Of a DNA stretch of 24,635 bases, positions 1 to 7,870 are shown one piece after another. The DNA lies in IMG/VR virus record IMGVR_UViG_3300006120_000090, positions 1-24,635 of that record, one strand, 5' to 3'. Source of the DNA: a virus (taxonomy: Duplodnaviria > Caudoviricetes). Positions within the stretch are counted from its first letter, which is position 1. Each line of letters starts with the position of its first letter. The notes under the pieces were generated by a model. The model was not told the origin of the DNA. It was given only the letters and a program-made list of their open reading frames with translations, and searched no databases. The translations under genes and the position numbers were made by a program.

Positions 1-782
1 GTCCCGAGCCCAGAAATACTGACCTGCTGGCCAGTCTTGAATGTGTTGATTGCTGTGTATGTGACTGATGTCGATGAGGTCGCGACGCCCGCGGTGACGT
101 TTGCGGATGGTGTATTCGTCAGGCGATACCAGCGGCGGGTGTTGGCGGTCTTGGCGTAGGTAGGCCAGAACGTGCTGGACGCCATACGCCGCATAGACAG
201 GTATTTCAGGGCATCGCTGGCCGTCACAACCAATTCAGAGTTCAGTTGGTCAATCAACTTCTCCTCGATAGAGTCAATAAATCCAAAGAACACGTTGTAG
301 TTCATCACGTAGAACTGGCCTGACGCCGGGGTCCCGCCGGTCCAAGACGAGAACGAAATGGTGGTTGCGGTATTGCTAGTGATGGTCGCGCTGGACGTTC
401 CGCAGTAGAGCGTCAGCCCGGTAAAGGCTCCCGGAGCCCAAGTGGCGGTCGAGCAGGTCAGTAAAGTCCCGGTAGGGCTGGACGTAGTGTTGCCGGTGTA
501 GAGCGTAGAGGTGACCGCTATGGGCGTCCGGACAGAAATACCGATAGTGTTCCAAAACGCGCCATCGCGGTTGTTGAGCGTCACGGAGAGGGATGACGCT
601 TCGATGCGGTCTAAATAGTGCTGTTTCCCTGTCTTAGTCCGGAGTTCCTCGACATAGTTGGTAATGTTCGTCCATGTTCCGTTGGACTGTCGAGGGCCGG
701 GCAAAGAATTGGCGCGCGTGTTGTAGAAACCAGAGCCCGCGGCCGCTATGTAGACATCGCCGTAGGGTGTTGAGGTGCTCAA
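1..782 (-). CDS. Minor tail / baseplate hub-type protein, truncated by the window edge
   Basis: Not in the ORF track because it has no stop in the window. Manually translated from TTG at 782 (TTGA overlap with the upstream stop): MSTSTPYGDVYIAAAGSGFYNTRANSLPGPRQSNGTWTNITNYVEELRTKTGKQHYLDRIEASSLSVTLNNRDGAFW... The frame is open to base 1. The WTNIT...LDRI...TLNNRDG.F pattern resembles actinophage minor tail proteins, and it lies just downstream of the tape measure gene. Confidence 0.7.
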   Translation of the reverse strand, partial: MSTSTPYGDVYIAAAGSGFYNTRANSLPGPRQSNGTWTNITNYVEELRTKTGKQHYLDRIEASSLSVTLNNRDGAFWNTIGISVRTPIAVTSTLYTGNTTSSPTGTLLTCSTATWAPGAFTGLTLYCGTSSATITSNTATTISFSSWTGGTPASGQFYVMNYNVFFGFIDSIEEKLIDQLNSELVVTASDALKYLSMRRMASSTFWPTYAKTANTRRWYRLTNTPSANVTAGVATSSTSVTYTAINTFKTGQQVSISGLG

Positions 783-982
783 TTTAGTTTGACTTTCTTG
801 GGCTTCGGCTTCGGCTGAATCTGGGCCTTGTTGCCGTACAGGTTAGCGGTCCGGAGCGCCTGCTTGGTTTGCGTCTCCTGAACCGCGGCCGCTAGCACCC
901 GTAGCGCGTCTTTGTCGCGGACAAGCCTTCGCACGAGCGCGTCAAGGTCTATGTTGATAGTTATGGACTGAGGCTCGGTCAT
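779..982 (-). CDS. Small hypothetical protein (67 aa) between tape measure and minor tail genes
   Basis: ATGA overlap with the tape measure stop and TTGA overlap with the next gene; basic PKPKPKK C-terminus. Confidence 0.65.
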   Translation of the reverse strand: MTEPQSITINIDLDALVRRLVRDKDALRVLAAAVQETQTKQALRTANLYGNKAQIQPKPKPKKVKLN

Positions 983-2979
983 GAGATGTTCACAGTCACG
1001 TCAGTCACAGTTTTCTTGGATAGGTCAGCGTTCGCAAAGTTCTGAACGGCCGTGACGAACTGTTGCGTCCACTGGCCGGACTTGTCAAGTTCCTGTAAAT
1101 GATGGGCCTTGAAGTACGAGTCAATGGCCGTTAGTTGGGCTTTCGTAATCTGGACGAAATCCTCCGCGGCGGGTCCCATCCCATTAGCGCCAATGTTTTG
1201 ATAGACGTAGCCGCCGGAGCCCTTCGGCGCGGGAGCGTAGGAGTCAGTCCCGCCAGTCCCGCCCGGATTCTCCACGCCTTGGGTCAAGGCGTTAGCGGCC
1301 GCCGCAATCTTGCCCGGCACGTCCATCAACATTTTGGTCACGTAAATCGCCCCGGCTGGACCTACCAAGGCGGGGACAAAGTCACCCAGCATTCCCATCA
1401 GTCTCAGTCCAATAGCGCCCTCCTCCGGAGCGCCCTTTACGAGGCCCTTTACGAGGTCTGAGATAAGGCTTCCAGACTTATTCTTGGCTAGTTCGATGTC
1501 CGCGGTCAGGAGTTCCACGTCAGCGGTCCCCTCCTCCGCTACCTGAGTTGCTTCCTCACCCTTCATCACCTCGGTAGCCCCAGCGATTTTGGCCGTGTTC
1601 GCGGCCGTCTCGGAGGTGGAGGTGGCTGTATCCGACAACTTCGCGCTGTCGGCCGGGCTAAGGCCCGCGCCCGCTCCGGAGCCTCCGAGCCCAAACAGTT
1701 TGCCGAGGCCCTTGGCGAGCGGGCCGAGGACTGAGAGAACTTTCTGACCGAATGCGACGGCTACGATGCCGCCTAAGACAACGCCCGCGGCCTTCATAAC
1801 CCCCGGGTGGGCCGTGGCGAAATTGGTCACATCGTTCAGCATCTTGGTGAGGTCCGGGAGCAGAACATTTCCCACGCTCGTCAAGGTGTTCTCTACGGCA
1901 ACCTTGAACTTCTGGACCGCTCCGGCCGGAGTTGCGAGCCACTGCTGGAATGCTGAGGCATTGGAGCCGGACTTGTCCATGTTGTTGAACATCGTGGTTA
2001 GTTTGGGTAATTCGGTCAATAGGTTGGAGAACGATTTGCCCGCCGTGGCCCCAAAGATTTGGTTCATAAAGGCTGTGATTCCCTGAGCCTTCTGGGTCGC
2101 GGTGGCGTTCTCGGCCCAAGCGGTGTTGATTTGCCTCAGCACCGTCAGCATGCCGCCCGGCTGTCGCGCCTCCTCGGCCAGCGTTTGCTGGTTTAGGTGG
2201 AGTTTCGCCAGAGCCGTAGCGGCGTTAGACAGGTGGCCCGTCTGGGAATACATTGGCTTTTCCAGCGCGGCAAAGGCCGTCCCGAGAGCCGCCTGCGCGC
2301 GCGTACCCTTGAGATTCTGGTCCGCGAATCCCGCGAGGAGGGTGATGGCGGTCCTGAGGTCAATGTGGTAGGCCGCAAAGGCCGCAAGTGACTTTCCGGA
2401 CAGGGATTGCGTCAAATCGTCGGCCGTCAATTGCGAGCCCTTGATGGCGGTCGTGAAGATGTCCATTGTTTGCGACACGTTTTTGGTCCCGGCGATGTGT
2501 AGATTCTGGATACCGATGGCCGCCGTCAGGGTGTCGCTCAGGCTGGTGTTTTGGGCCTTCGCAAACTTCGCCGCCGCTCCCACGGCCGTGGTGGCGTCCG
2601 CAACACTAAATCCGGCCTTGACTAATTGGGTATAGCCAGAAACGATGTCGGTGCTTGACGTGGCGGTAGCCGTCGAGACGTGGAGCGCAAGCCGGGCAAC
2701 CTCCTCCACTTGAGACTTGGTTAGGTTGGTCGAGCGGGCCATTTGGTCCAACGCTTCGCCGTAATCGTAGGCCAGTTTCAGGGCCGCCACTCCTACGGCC
2801 GCCGCGCCCAGCAAAGCAAAGTCGGCCACCTTGTTTCCGACAGCCTTTAGTTTGTCCCCGGTGGTCGCTCCTTCGGCCTGAATTTGCTTCATGCCGCCGA
2901 GCACTTCATCCTTCTTGGCCTTGAAATCCTTGATACTCGCAAGGATTTCGATGACTACGGGGGGCAGGAATCCGTCCAT
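979..2979 (-). CDS. Tape measure protein (666 aa)
   Basis: Long Ala/Gly/Thr-rich helical ORF with a TP901-type TMP core (GSQLTADDL...GTRAQAALGTAF) and hydrophobic segments. Start chosen at ATG 2979 (TAATG overlap with the upstream stop). Canonical position in the tail module. Confidence 0.9.
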   Translation of the reverse strand: MDGFLPPVVIEILASIKDFKAKKDEVLGGMKQIQAEGATTGDKLKAVGNKVADFALLGAAAVGVAALKLAYDYGEALDQMARSTNLTKSQVEEVARLALHVSTATATSSTDIVSGYTQLVKAGFSVADATTAVGAAAKFAKAQNTSLSDTLTAAIGIQNLHIAGTKNVSQTMDIFTTAIKGSQLTADDLTQSLSGKSLAAFAAYHIDLRTAITLLAGFADQNLKGTRAQAALGTAFAALEKPMYSQTGHLSNAATALAKLHLNQQTLAEEARQPGGMLTVLRQINTAWAENATATQKAQGITAFMNQIFGATAGKSFSNLLTELPKLTTMFNNMDKSGSNASAFQQWLATPAGAVQKFKVAVENTLTSVGNVLLPDLTKMLNDVTNFATAHPGVMKAAGVVLGGIVAVAFGQKVLSVLGPLAKGLGKLFGLGGSGAGAGLSPADSAKLSDTATSTSETAANTAKIAGATEVMKGEEATQVAEEGTADVELLTADIELAKNKSGSLISDLVKGLVKGAPEEGAIGLRLMGMLGDFVPALVGPAGAIYVTKMLMDVPGKIAAAANALTQGVENPGGTGGTDSYAPAPKGSGGYVYQNIGANGMGPAAEDFVQITKAQLTAIDSYFKAHHLQELDKSGQWTQQFVTAVQNFANADLSKKTVTDVTVNIS

Positions 2980-3446
2980 TAGCGGACCACCCGCGCCCAC
3001 TCGTCGTTGTACATAGCCACTACGCGGTCACGCGATTTGTCGAATCCCGGCCCCATGTACGGGAATGGGCGAGTGGTCTGGTGGTGCGACGCGACGGCCA
3101 CGCCCTTTTTGGTCGTATAGCCGCGCACAGTCCCGCTGAAACCAAGTTCCACGCGACGGCCGTACAACACGGTTGGGCCAACTTTCGAGGACCAAGTGCC
3201 GATAGATTCGCGCCTGACTTCCCTGACCTCAATGGAGTTCCGGAGGTTGCCGGTGCGGAGCGTAGGCCGCGGCGGGCTCGGAGGGGCCTGACGAGAGCCA
3301 CGAAACTCCTTCTTGGCCTGTCCGCCGATGATAGCGCCAGCCTTCTCAACAATGCGCTGGGCGGCCTTGTCGAAACCAGTGGAAAGAACATCGAGCGCGT
3401 CTTTCAGTTCACTGACTCCGGCCACGTTCATGTTGAAACTATCCAC
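2979..3446 (-). CDS. HK97 gp10-like tail completion/neck protein
   Basis: Motifs RTGNLRNSI, YGRRVELG and RPFPYMGPGF are typical of HK97 gp10-like proteins. GTG start at 3446 with GAGGAGG 6 nt upstream. Confidence 0.8.
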   Translation of the reverse strand: MDSFNMNVAGVSELKDALDVLSTGFDKAAQRIVEKAGAIIGGQAKKEFRGSRQAPPSPPRPTLRTGNLRNSIEVREVRRESIGTWSSKVGPTVLYGRRVELGFSGTVRGYTTKKGVAVASHHQTTRPFPYMGPGFDKSRDRVVAMYNDEWARVVR

Positions 3447-4031
3447 GTTGAGCCTCCTCGACCAATGAGTCAATACTAATCAACCAGTCAATCAGTTCGC
3501 TGGGCTCGTCAAGGTACTGCTCGTGAGTCACCCCAAACTTCTTGCGAAATAGGTACTCGCGAAACGTTGAGGCCAACTCCGGGTCCGGCTCGGAGCCCTT
3601 CCCGGCGATGAATCCGCGGAGCCGCGCTAGGCGTCTGTAGGCGCTTTTGGGTCGTTCGCACCATCCGGGCCAAACTCAAGGGTGCGGTTGAACTCCTCCG
3701 CGCAGGCCGCGGCCAGAGTTTGGTACAGCGCGCTTGGGAGGTCTTGGACGTTATCGGCGGTGGGGAGGTCCCCGCGGCTCCACGATTTCAACATGTTCAG
3801 AATCAACACGGACTGGTACGCATTGACCGATTCGATGTCCTCGTCAGCCAATTGGTTGTAGACACCCCACGTTGAGGGGTCAGTCTCCACGAATCCCATC
3901 GAGGTCATCTTGGAAACCGTGGCCCCGGCGGCCATAAATGACCGGGCGATAGCCCTGACGCTACGCTCCGACAACTCCGCGCGCGTGGCGATAATGGCCG
4001 AAACGTCATTTGGTAGGTTGATTGCTGGCAT
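3439..4031 (-). CDS. Tail assembly chaperone, long form (lambda gpGT-like) produced by -1 frameshift
   Basis: The -1 frame after C-CCA-AAA reads PKSAYRRLARLRGFIAGKGSEPDPELASTFREYLFRKKFGVTHEQYLDEPSELIDWLISIDSLVEEAQRG* and ends at TAG 3439-3441, filling the otherwise empty gap. Confidence 0.75.
3627..4031 (-). CDS. Tail assembly chaperone, short form (lambda gpG-like)
   Basis: 134 aa acidic ORF directly after the major tail gene; ends ...DPKAPTDA* with a slippery site near its 3' end. Confidence 0.8.
   Translation of the reverse strand: MPAINLPNDVSAIIATRAELSERSVRAIARSFMAAGATVSKMTSMGFVETDPSTWGVYNQLADEDIESVNAYQSVLILNMLKSWSRGDLPTADNVQDLPSALYQTLAAACAEEFNRTLEFGPDGANDPKAPTDA
3645..3651 (-). other. 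-1 programmed ribosomal frameshift slippery heptamer CCCAAAA
   Basis: Minus strand GAC-CCA-AAA gives C CCA AAA, an X XXY YYZ heptamer in the correct phase of the chaperone ORF. Confidence 0.8.
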
Positions 4032-4058
4032 GAGTCCCCTGTCTTAGTTGGCTAAATC

Positions 4059-5096
4059 TTAGTAGCCAGCAGATACGCCGTTGGTAATGCTGAACTGAAT
4101 GGGCGAGTAAAGGCCCGCGCCGCCGCCGTCAGTGGTGTTCGCGTTGGCCGTGAATTCCACCTCCAACTCAACAAACTCCTTGCCCCGGGTGCGCTTTACG
4201 TTCTGAAACTGAGCCTGCGTACAGGTGATAACCGTGTTCCAAGCGGCCGAGGGGCTGTTGGGGTCGGTCAGCGTGACGGCCAGCGATACTGGGTCGCGCG
4301 TCAGAGCGTAGGCCGAGGAGCCTGTCGAGAACAGGTCGGAGTTGGACGCGAGGACCATCGTCATCTTGCCGGTGACCTCCAAAGGCCCAGCGAAATTGAC
4401 GCTAGGGGCCTGCGAGCCCAGCGTGAATACGGGCTGTGTCTTGCGGTTCAGGTTGAATTCTCCAGAGACTACGTTGGCGGCCGAGGTCCCACCGATGACC
4501 GCTACAGCGTCCCACGATGGAATCGCGTGTTCGCTCGTGGCGAACGAGGGTGACGCAAACGGGGCTGTCGAGTAGGTCGTGCTGGCTACGTATGGATTTC
4601 CCATCCACTTGGTAGTGACTTCGGCCAGAGTTTCCACGCCGAAAGACAACATCAGGCTGTCGGCCTGAGCGCCCTGAATCAGGAAATAGTTGGCCCCGTC
4701 AAAGTCAAGGATGGAGTACGAGGACGGCTGAGAGCCCGTCGAGGCGCTGTTGAGCAACTTGAGAGCGTGGATGTAGTTGGAGCCCGCTGTCGTAGGCGTG
4801 TCCGTACCACCGAGAACGGCCTTCACGAGCGCGCCGAACGTGTCCGAATACAGGTAGTTCTTGAACTCCACCGTGTCGTTGCGGACCCCGGCCACTTGGT
4901 CGTACACAGCCGTTGGGGAGCCGCGGAGGGCCTCGTCACGCAAGAACTTCTGGAGCGGGGTGACCTGAGGCGTCTGTACGGGAATCCACTGAGCCGTGGC
5001 CGATGTATTGACCGTTCCACGAGTTCCCGAGCCCGAAACGATTTCAGGAGCAAGGCCGAGGAGGCTGTTGGCTGTTAGAAAGGGTGTAATAGGCAT
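4059..5096 (-). CDS. Major tail (tube) protein, non-contractile type
   Basis: 345 aa Ser/Thr/Gly-rich beta protein (GPLEVTGKMTM, VELEVEFTA) upstream of the chaperone pair; AGGAG RBS; no sheath gene in the module. Confidence 0.8.
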   Translation of the reverse strand: MPITPFLTANSLLGLAPEIVSGSGTRGTVNTSATAQWIPVQTPQVTPLQKFLRDEALRGSPTAVYDQVAGVRNDTVEFKNYLYSDTFGALVKAVLGGTDTPTTAGSNYIHALKLLNSASTGSQPSSYSILDFDGANYFLIQGAQADSLMLSFGVETLAEVTTKWMGNPYVASTTYSTAPFASPSFATSEHAIPSWDAVAVIGGTSAANVVSGEFNLNRKTQPVFTLGSQAPSVNFAGPLEVTGKMTMVLASNSDLFSTGSSAYALTRDPVSLAVTLTDPNSPSAAWNTVITCTQAQFQNVKRTRGKEFVELEVEFTANANTTDGGGAGLYSPIQFSITNGVSAGY

Positions 5097-5107
5097 TTAG
5101 GTGCTCC

Positions 5108-5344
5108 TTAGTTTGCGGGGGTTGCGGTCGGTCCAGCATCGGCCGTTGCGGTGCTTACGGGCGAATCTAGAGTGGTCTGAGGGACAACGGGAGGCGTTGG
5201 CGCTGACGCGGCGGTCCAGCGGCCATCTCCGGGGTCGGCGTCTAGGTCATAGGTCTGGCCCGGCTCCGCGGTGAGCGACACGCCATTTACCACTAGGTAT
5301 GGATAAACGCGCTCCACGCTGTCGTTGTACGTGAATTTAGCCAT
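5108..5344 (-). CDS. Small virion-associated hypothetical protein with Pro/Thr/Ala-rich tail
   Basis: 78 aa; AGGAA RBS; lies between the tail terminator and major tail genes. Confidence 0.6.
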   Translation of the reverse strand: MAKFTYNDSVERVYPYLVVNGVSLTAEPGQTYDLDADPGDGRWTAASAPTPPVVPQTTLDSPVSTATADAGPTATPAN

Positions 5345-5354
5345 GTTCCTGCTC

Positions 5355-5867
5355 CTACGCTTGGAGAATCTCAGACACCGAGACTCTTACAGTTGAGAAT
5401 ACTTGGGTTGCGGAGCCCGCGCCATTCAGGGTTCGCGGGTAGTATGACGTTATTTCGATGTCCGGGCCACCAAATCCGGCTCCTTCGCCCCACTCAAAGA
5501 TGACGCCCGGGGCTCCGGCCTGCCTGTCGGCGCGAATCGCGGCCACCAGCGCGTCCAAGAACGTCTCATTGTCCGCCCCAACGTCCTCTGTCTTTCGCTT
5601 GGTCGAGCGGAAGAAACAGTTGAGAATAAACGTGTAATCGACAAGTTTTTCGCCAGAATGAGCGCCGCCTAGAGCAATTCGGCGCTCCCGCTGACTCTCA
5701 ACGTACAGGTAAATCAACACGCCGTCCTGCGTCCCGGGGTCCTCGCCTTGGTAGAACTCCATTTCAGGGGTGAATTTGGCCGGGAAAGACTTGACCGAGG
5801 CCAGAAACGGCAGGCCCGCGTTGGTCAGGTAGGTGTTGATTGCCTCGCGAATTGCTGTTCTAGACAC
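5355..5867 (-). CDS. Putative tail terminator / head-tail joining protein
   Basis: 170 aa starting MSRTAIREAI with a later LDALVAAIRAD motif, a pattern typical of tail terminators. GTG start overlaps the adaptor stop (TAGTG). Assignment also rests on synteny. Confidence 0.6.
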   Translation of the reverse strand: MSRTAIREAINTYLTNAGLPFLASVKSFPAKFTPEMEFYQGEDPGTQDGVLIYLYVESQRERRIALGGAHSGEKLVDYTFILNCFFRSTKRKTEDVGADNETFLDALVAAIRADRQAGAPGVIFEWGEGAGFGGPDIEITSYYPRTLNGAGSATQVFSTVRVSVSEILQA

Positions 5868-6781
5868 TAGGAGCGGCTCCAGACAACCTTGAACGGGTGG
5901 AGGAGGTCATACGCCATCACGAAATCCTCCATAGAGTTTTGGGCCTTTGGCGTGGTCGCTACAGGCTCGCCGGTCTCGGAGATGACGATGCCGCCCTGAC
6001 CTCGTTGCTTGACGAGGCCAACGACGAAATGGATGACGGCCTGCTTGGCGTCGGCCGGGAGCGCGCTCACATTCACGCCGGTCCCGTGATTGAATCCGAG
6101 CGGAGCCGTGAGCGTCAGTACGTTGCCCGCTACGCTGGCTACCTGTACGTATTCGTCATTCATCCCGTCCCAAATGGTTAGGTATTGGCCCGCGACAACG
6201 CCTGTCGCGTCGGTCAAACTAAGTGTCGTAGAGCCAACGCTGGCCGGAGCGGTCGTGAAAGAATTGGCGTATCCATTGACGTAGGTGTATTGGGCGAACA
6301 TCTCCCGGTCCGGAGCCCAGCCGCCGCCAGCGATAGTGAGCGGCCCGGTCTGGAGGCCCACGGAGGAGGAGTAAGTGACGATGAACTCCTCACGCTCGAT
6401 GGAGCAAGAATCGTTTGTAATCTCCACGTCATTTAGCCCGGCTCCGGGTCCCCAGCCAATCTGGAAATCCGTGACCGCGATGATGGGGGTGTAGTAGGGA
6501 TTGACGATGATTTGGCCGTAGCGGTTGGGCCGGTAGCGTCCGTTTTCCTTGTTAGTCGTGGCGTTTAGAGTGCCGTATTGGCCCATTGTAAAGCGGTCCG
6601 CCATAGCCGAGGCGCGCACGATAAGTTCATACAAAGCCCTGTTCTGAACAGCCTGAGAGCCGTTCTCGATGAGGTTAGAGAAATCCACCGCGGCGGCCGA
6701 GGCGCTGAACAACACCTCGTTGATGCTGACGTAAGGCTCGATGCGGCCGCCCTGTTGCGTCCAAGATGCGGTGGCGGTCAT
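5867..6781 (-). CDS. Head-to-tail adaptor (SPP1 gp15/HK97 gp6-like) with an inserted beta-rich domain
   Basis: PYVS N-terminus, LIVRASAMAD, YTYVNGY...LPADAKQAVIHFV and C-terminal LLHPF match the adaptor pattern; 304 aa is longer than usual. Confidence 0.7.
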   Translation of the reverse strand: MTATASWTQQGGRIEPYVSINEVLFSASAAAVDFSNLIENGSQAVQNRALYELIVRASAMADRFTMGQYGTLNATTNKENGRYRPNRYGQIIVNPYYTPIIAVTDFQIGWGPGAGLNDVEITNDSCSIEREEFIVTYSSSVGLQTGPLTIAGGGWAPDREMFAQYTYVNGYANSFTTAPASVGSTTLSLTDATGVVAGQYLTIWDGMNDEYVQVASVAGNVLTLTAPLGFNHGTGVNVSALPADAKQAVIHFVVGLVKQRGQGGIVISETGEPVATTPKAQNSMEDFVMAYDLLHPFKVVWSRS

Positions 6782-7515
6782 TCGTTCCCTTTCACGCGGA
6801 TTTCCACAAATTTAGCACCGAGGGCCGCGGCCCGCTCATAGCGGTCCTGCTGGAGTTCTCCGAATGTGGACCGGCCCTGACGCTTGACGAGGTGTTTGAT
6901 GTTATTTACAACGATTCCGATGCGCGTGGTGGGGAGGGTGGCGGCCAAAATGTCGCTGTCCTCTTGGTCCGTATAGCCAGCTTCTACAAGGTCCTCCATG
7001 GTCGGGAATACTTCCGCGTGGCGGTCGCGGTCCTTGTCGATGCGGCGGTCCTGCTTGCCGCCCATACTGAAAATCACCGTGAAGTTCTTGGGTAATTCGT
7101 GGCGTTTTACCATGACTACCTCCTTGGTGTAGGCGTAGAAATTCACGTCAGGCGTGGCCTCCGCTATGGATTTCCAAGCCAGAAAGTATGGCTCGCTGTA
7201 GAAATCGCCAGAATCGTGGATACGCACCCATTTCCCGGGCCGGTAGCGTTTGCCCTGTAGTTCGGCCAGCATTTGCTCGCGCCAGCCGTCTAGGTCATCT
7301 AGGGTCATCTCTAAATTGCGGACGTGCGCGGCCTTGACGTTGCTGAAATTGTAGGTTCCAGAGCGCGCGTAGCAGAGACGGGCGCAGGCTCCGGCGTTAG
7401 GGCAGGTAGTCACCCGTTGGCCGGACGAGAGCCGCGCTGAGAGCGCCGGGAGGCTCCACGTGAATACGCCGTCCTTGGCTAGTTCTCTGTTCCCGTTGGT
7501 TAGTAGGTACTTCAT
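6778..7515 (-). CDS. GP88-like phage protein with a Cx5Cx3C cluster (possible Fe-S / radical-SAM-like enzyme)
   Basis: Motifs WSLPA, TCPNAGACARLCYARSGTY, VRIHDSGDFYS and TPDVNFYAYTK resemble the mycobacteriophage gene product 88 family. ATGA-coupled on both sides. Confidence 0.7.
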   Translation of the reverse strand: MKYLLTNGNRELAKDGVFTWSLPALSARLSSGQRVTTCPNAGACARLCYARSGTYNFSNVKAAHVRNLEMTLDDLDGWREQMLAELQGKRYRPGKWVRIHDSGDFYSEPYFLAWKSIAEATPDVNFYAYTKEVVMVKRHELPKNFTVIFSMGGKQDRRIDKDRDRHAEVFPTMEDLVEAGYTDQEDSDILAATLPTTRIGIVVNNIKHLVKRQGRSTFGELQQDRYERAAALGAKFVEIRVKGNE

Positions 7516-7760
7516 TCAGGCGTCAGTTCCGTCGAGCCGCACCGGCCGCAAGAATCCTTGATGACTGCTACAAAGCCGCAAGCGCAACGAAATCCACGAG
7601 TTCCCTGAAAGTGAGTGCCGACAACCCCAAAGTCTCCAGACTTCTTGAGCAGGACGGCCTCGGCTCCCGATACGTTGAATGTGCCGTCAGCACTCCGGTT
7701 GATGACGCGCCCAGCAACTTCCACTTGCTTCAGGCCAGCGTCGCTTCCAACTAATTTCAT
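7512..7760 (-). CDS. Small protein with C-terminal Zn-ribbon (CACG...CGRC)
   Basis: ATG at 7760 preceded by GAGGTGG; 82 aa; FRCACGF...SCGRCGS. Confidence 0.7.
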   Translation of the reverse strand: MKLVGSDAGLKQVEVAGRVINRSADGTFNVSGAEAVLLKKSGDFGVVGTHFQGTRGFRCACGFVAVIKDSCGRCGSTELTPE

Positions 7761-7791
7761 AATCCACCTCCGAGACAATTCTAGCCATGTT

Positions 7792-7843
7792 AGAAAGCAA
7801 ACAGCGGCGCTCCGGCCGGGGGACTAGCCAGAGCGCCGCTGTT
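7792..7843 (-). terminator. Rho-independent terminator after the major capsid gene
   Basis: Perfect 13 bp inverted repeat AACAGCGGCGCTC (7800-7812) / GAGCGCCGCTGTT (7831-7843), followed on the minus strand by TGCTTTCT. A second small hairpin ATCTCC-TAGT-GGAGAT lies at 7844-7859. Confidence 0.75.
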
Positions 7844-7870
7844 ATCTCCTAGTGGAGATTTTGGGCTTGC

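Noticed and set aside
7844-7859. ATCTCC-TAGT-GGAGAT as a third copy of the GAGATAG palindrome
   Set aside because: The half-sites are in the opposite orientation with different spacing; more likely part of the terminator region.
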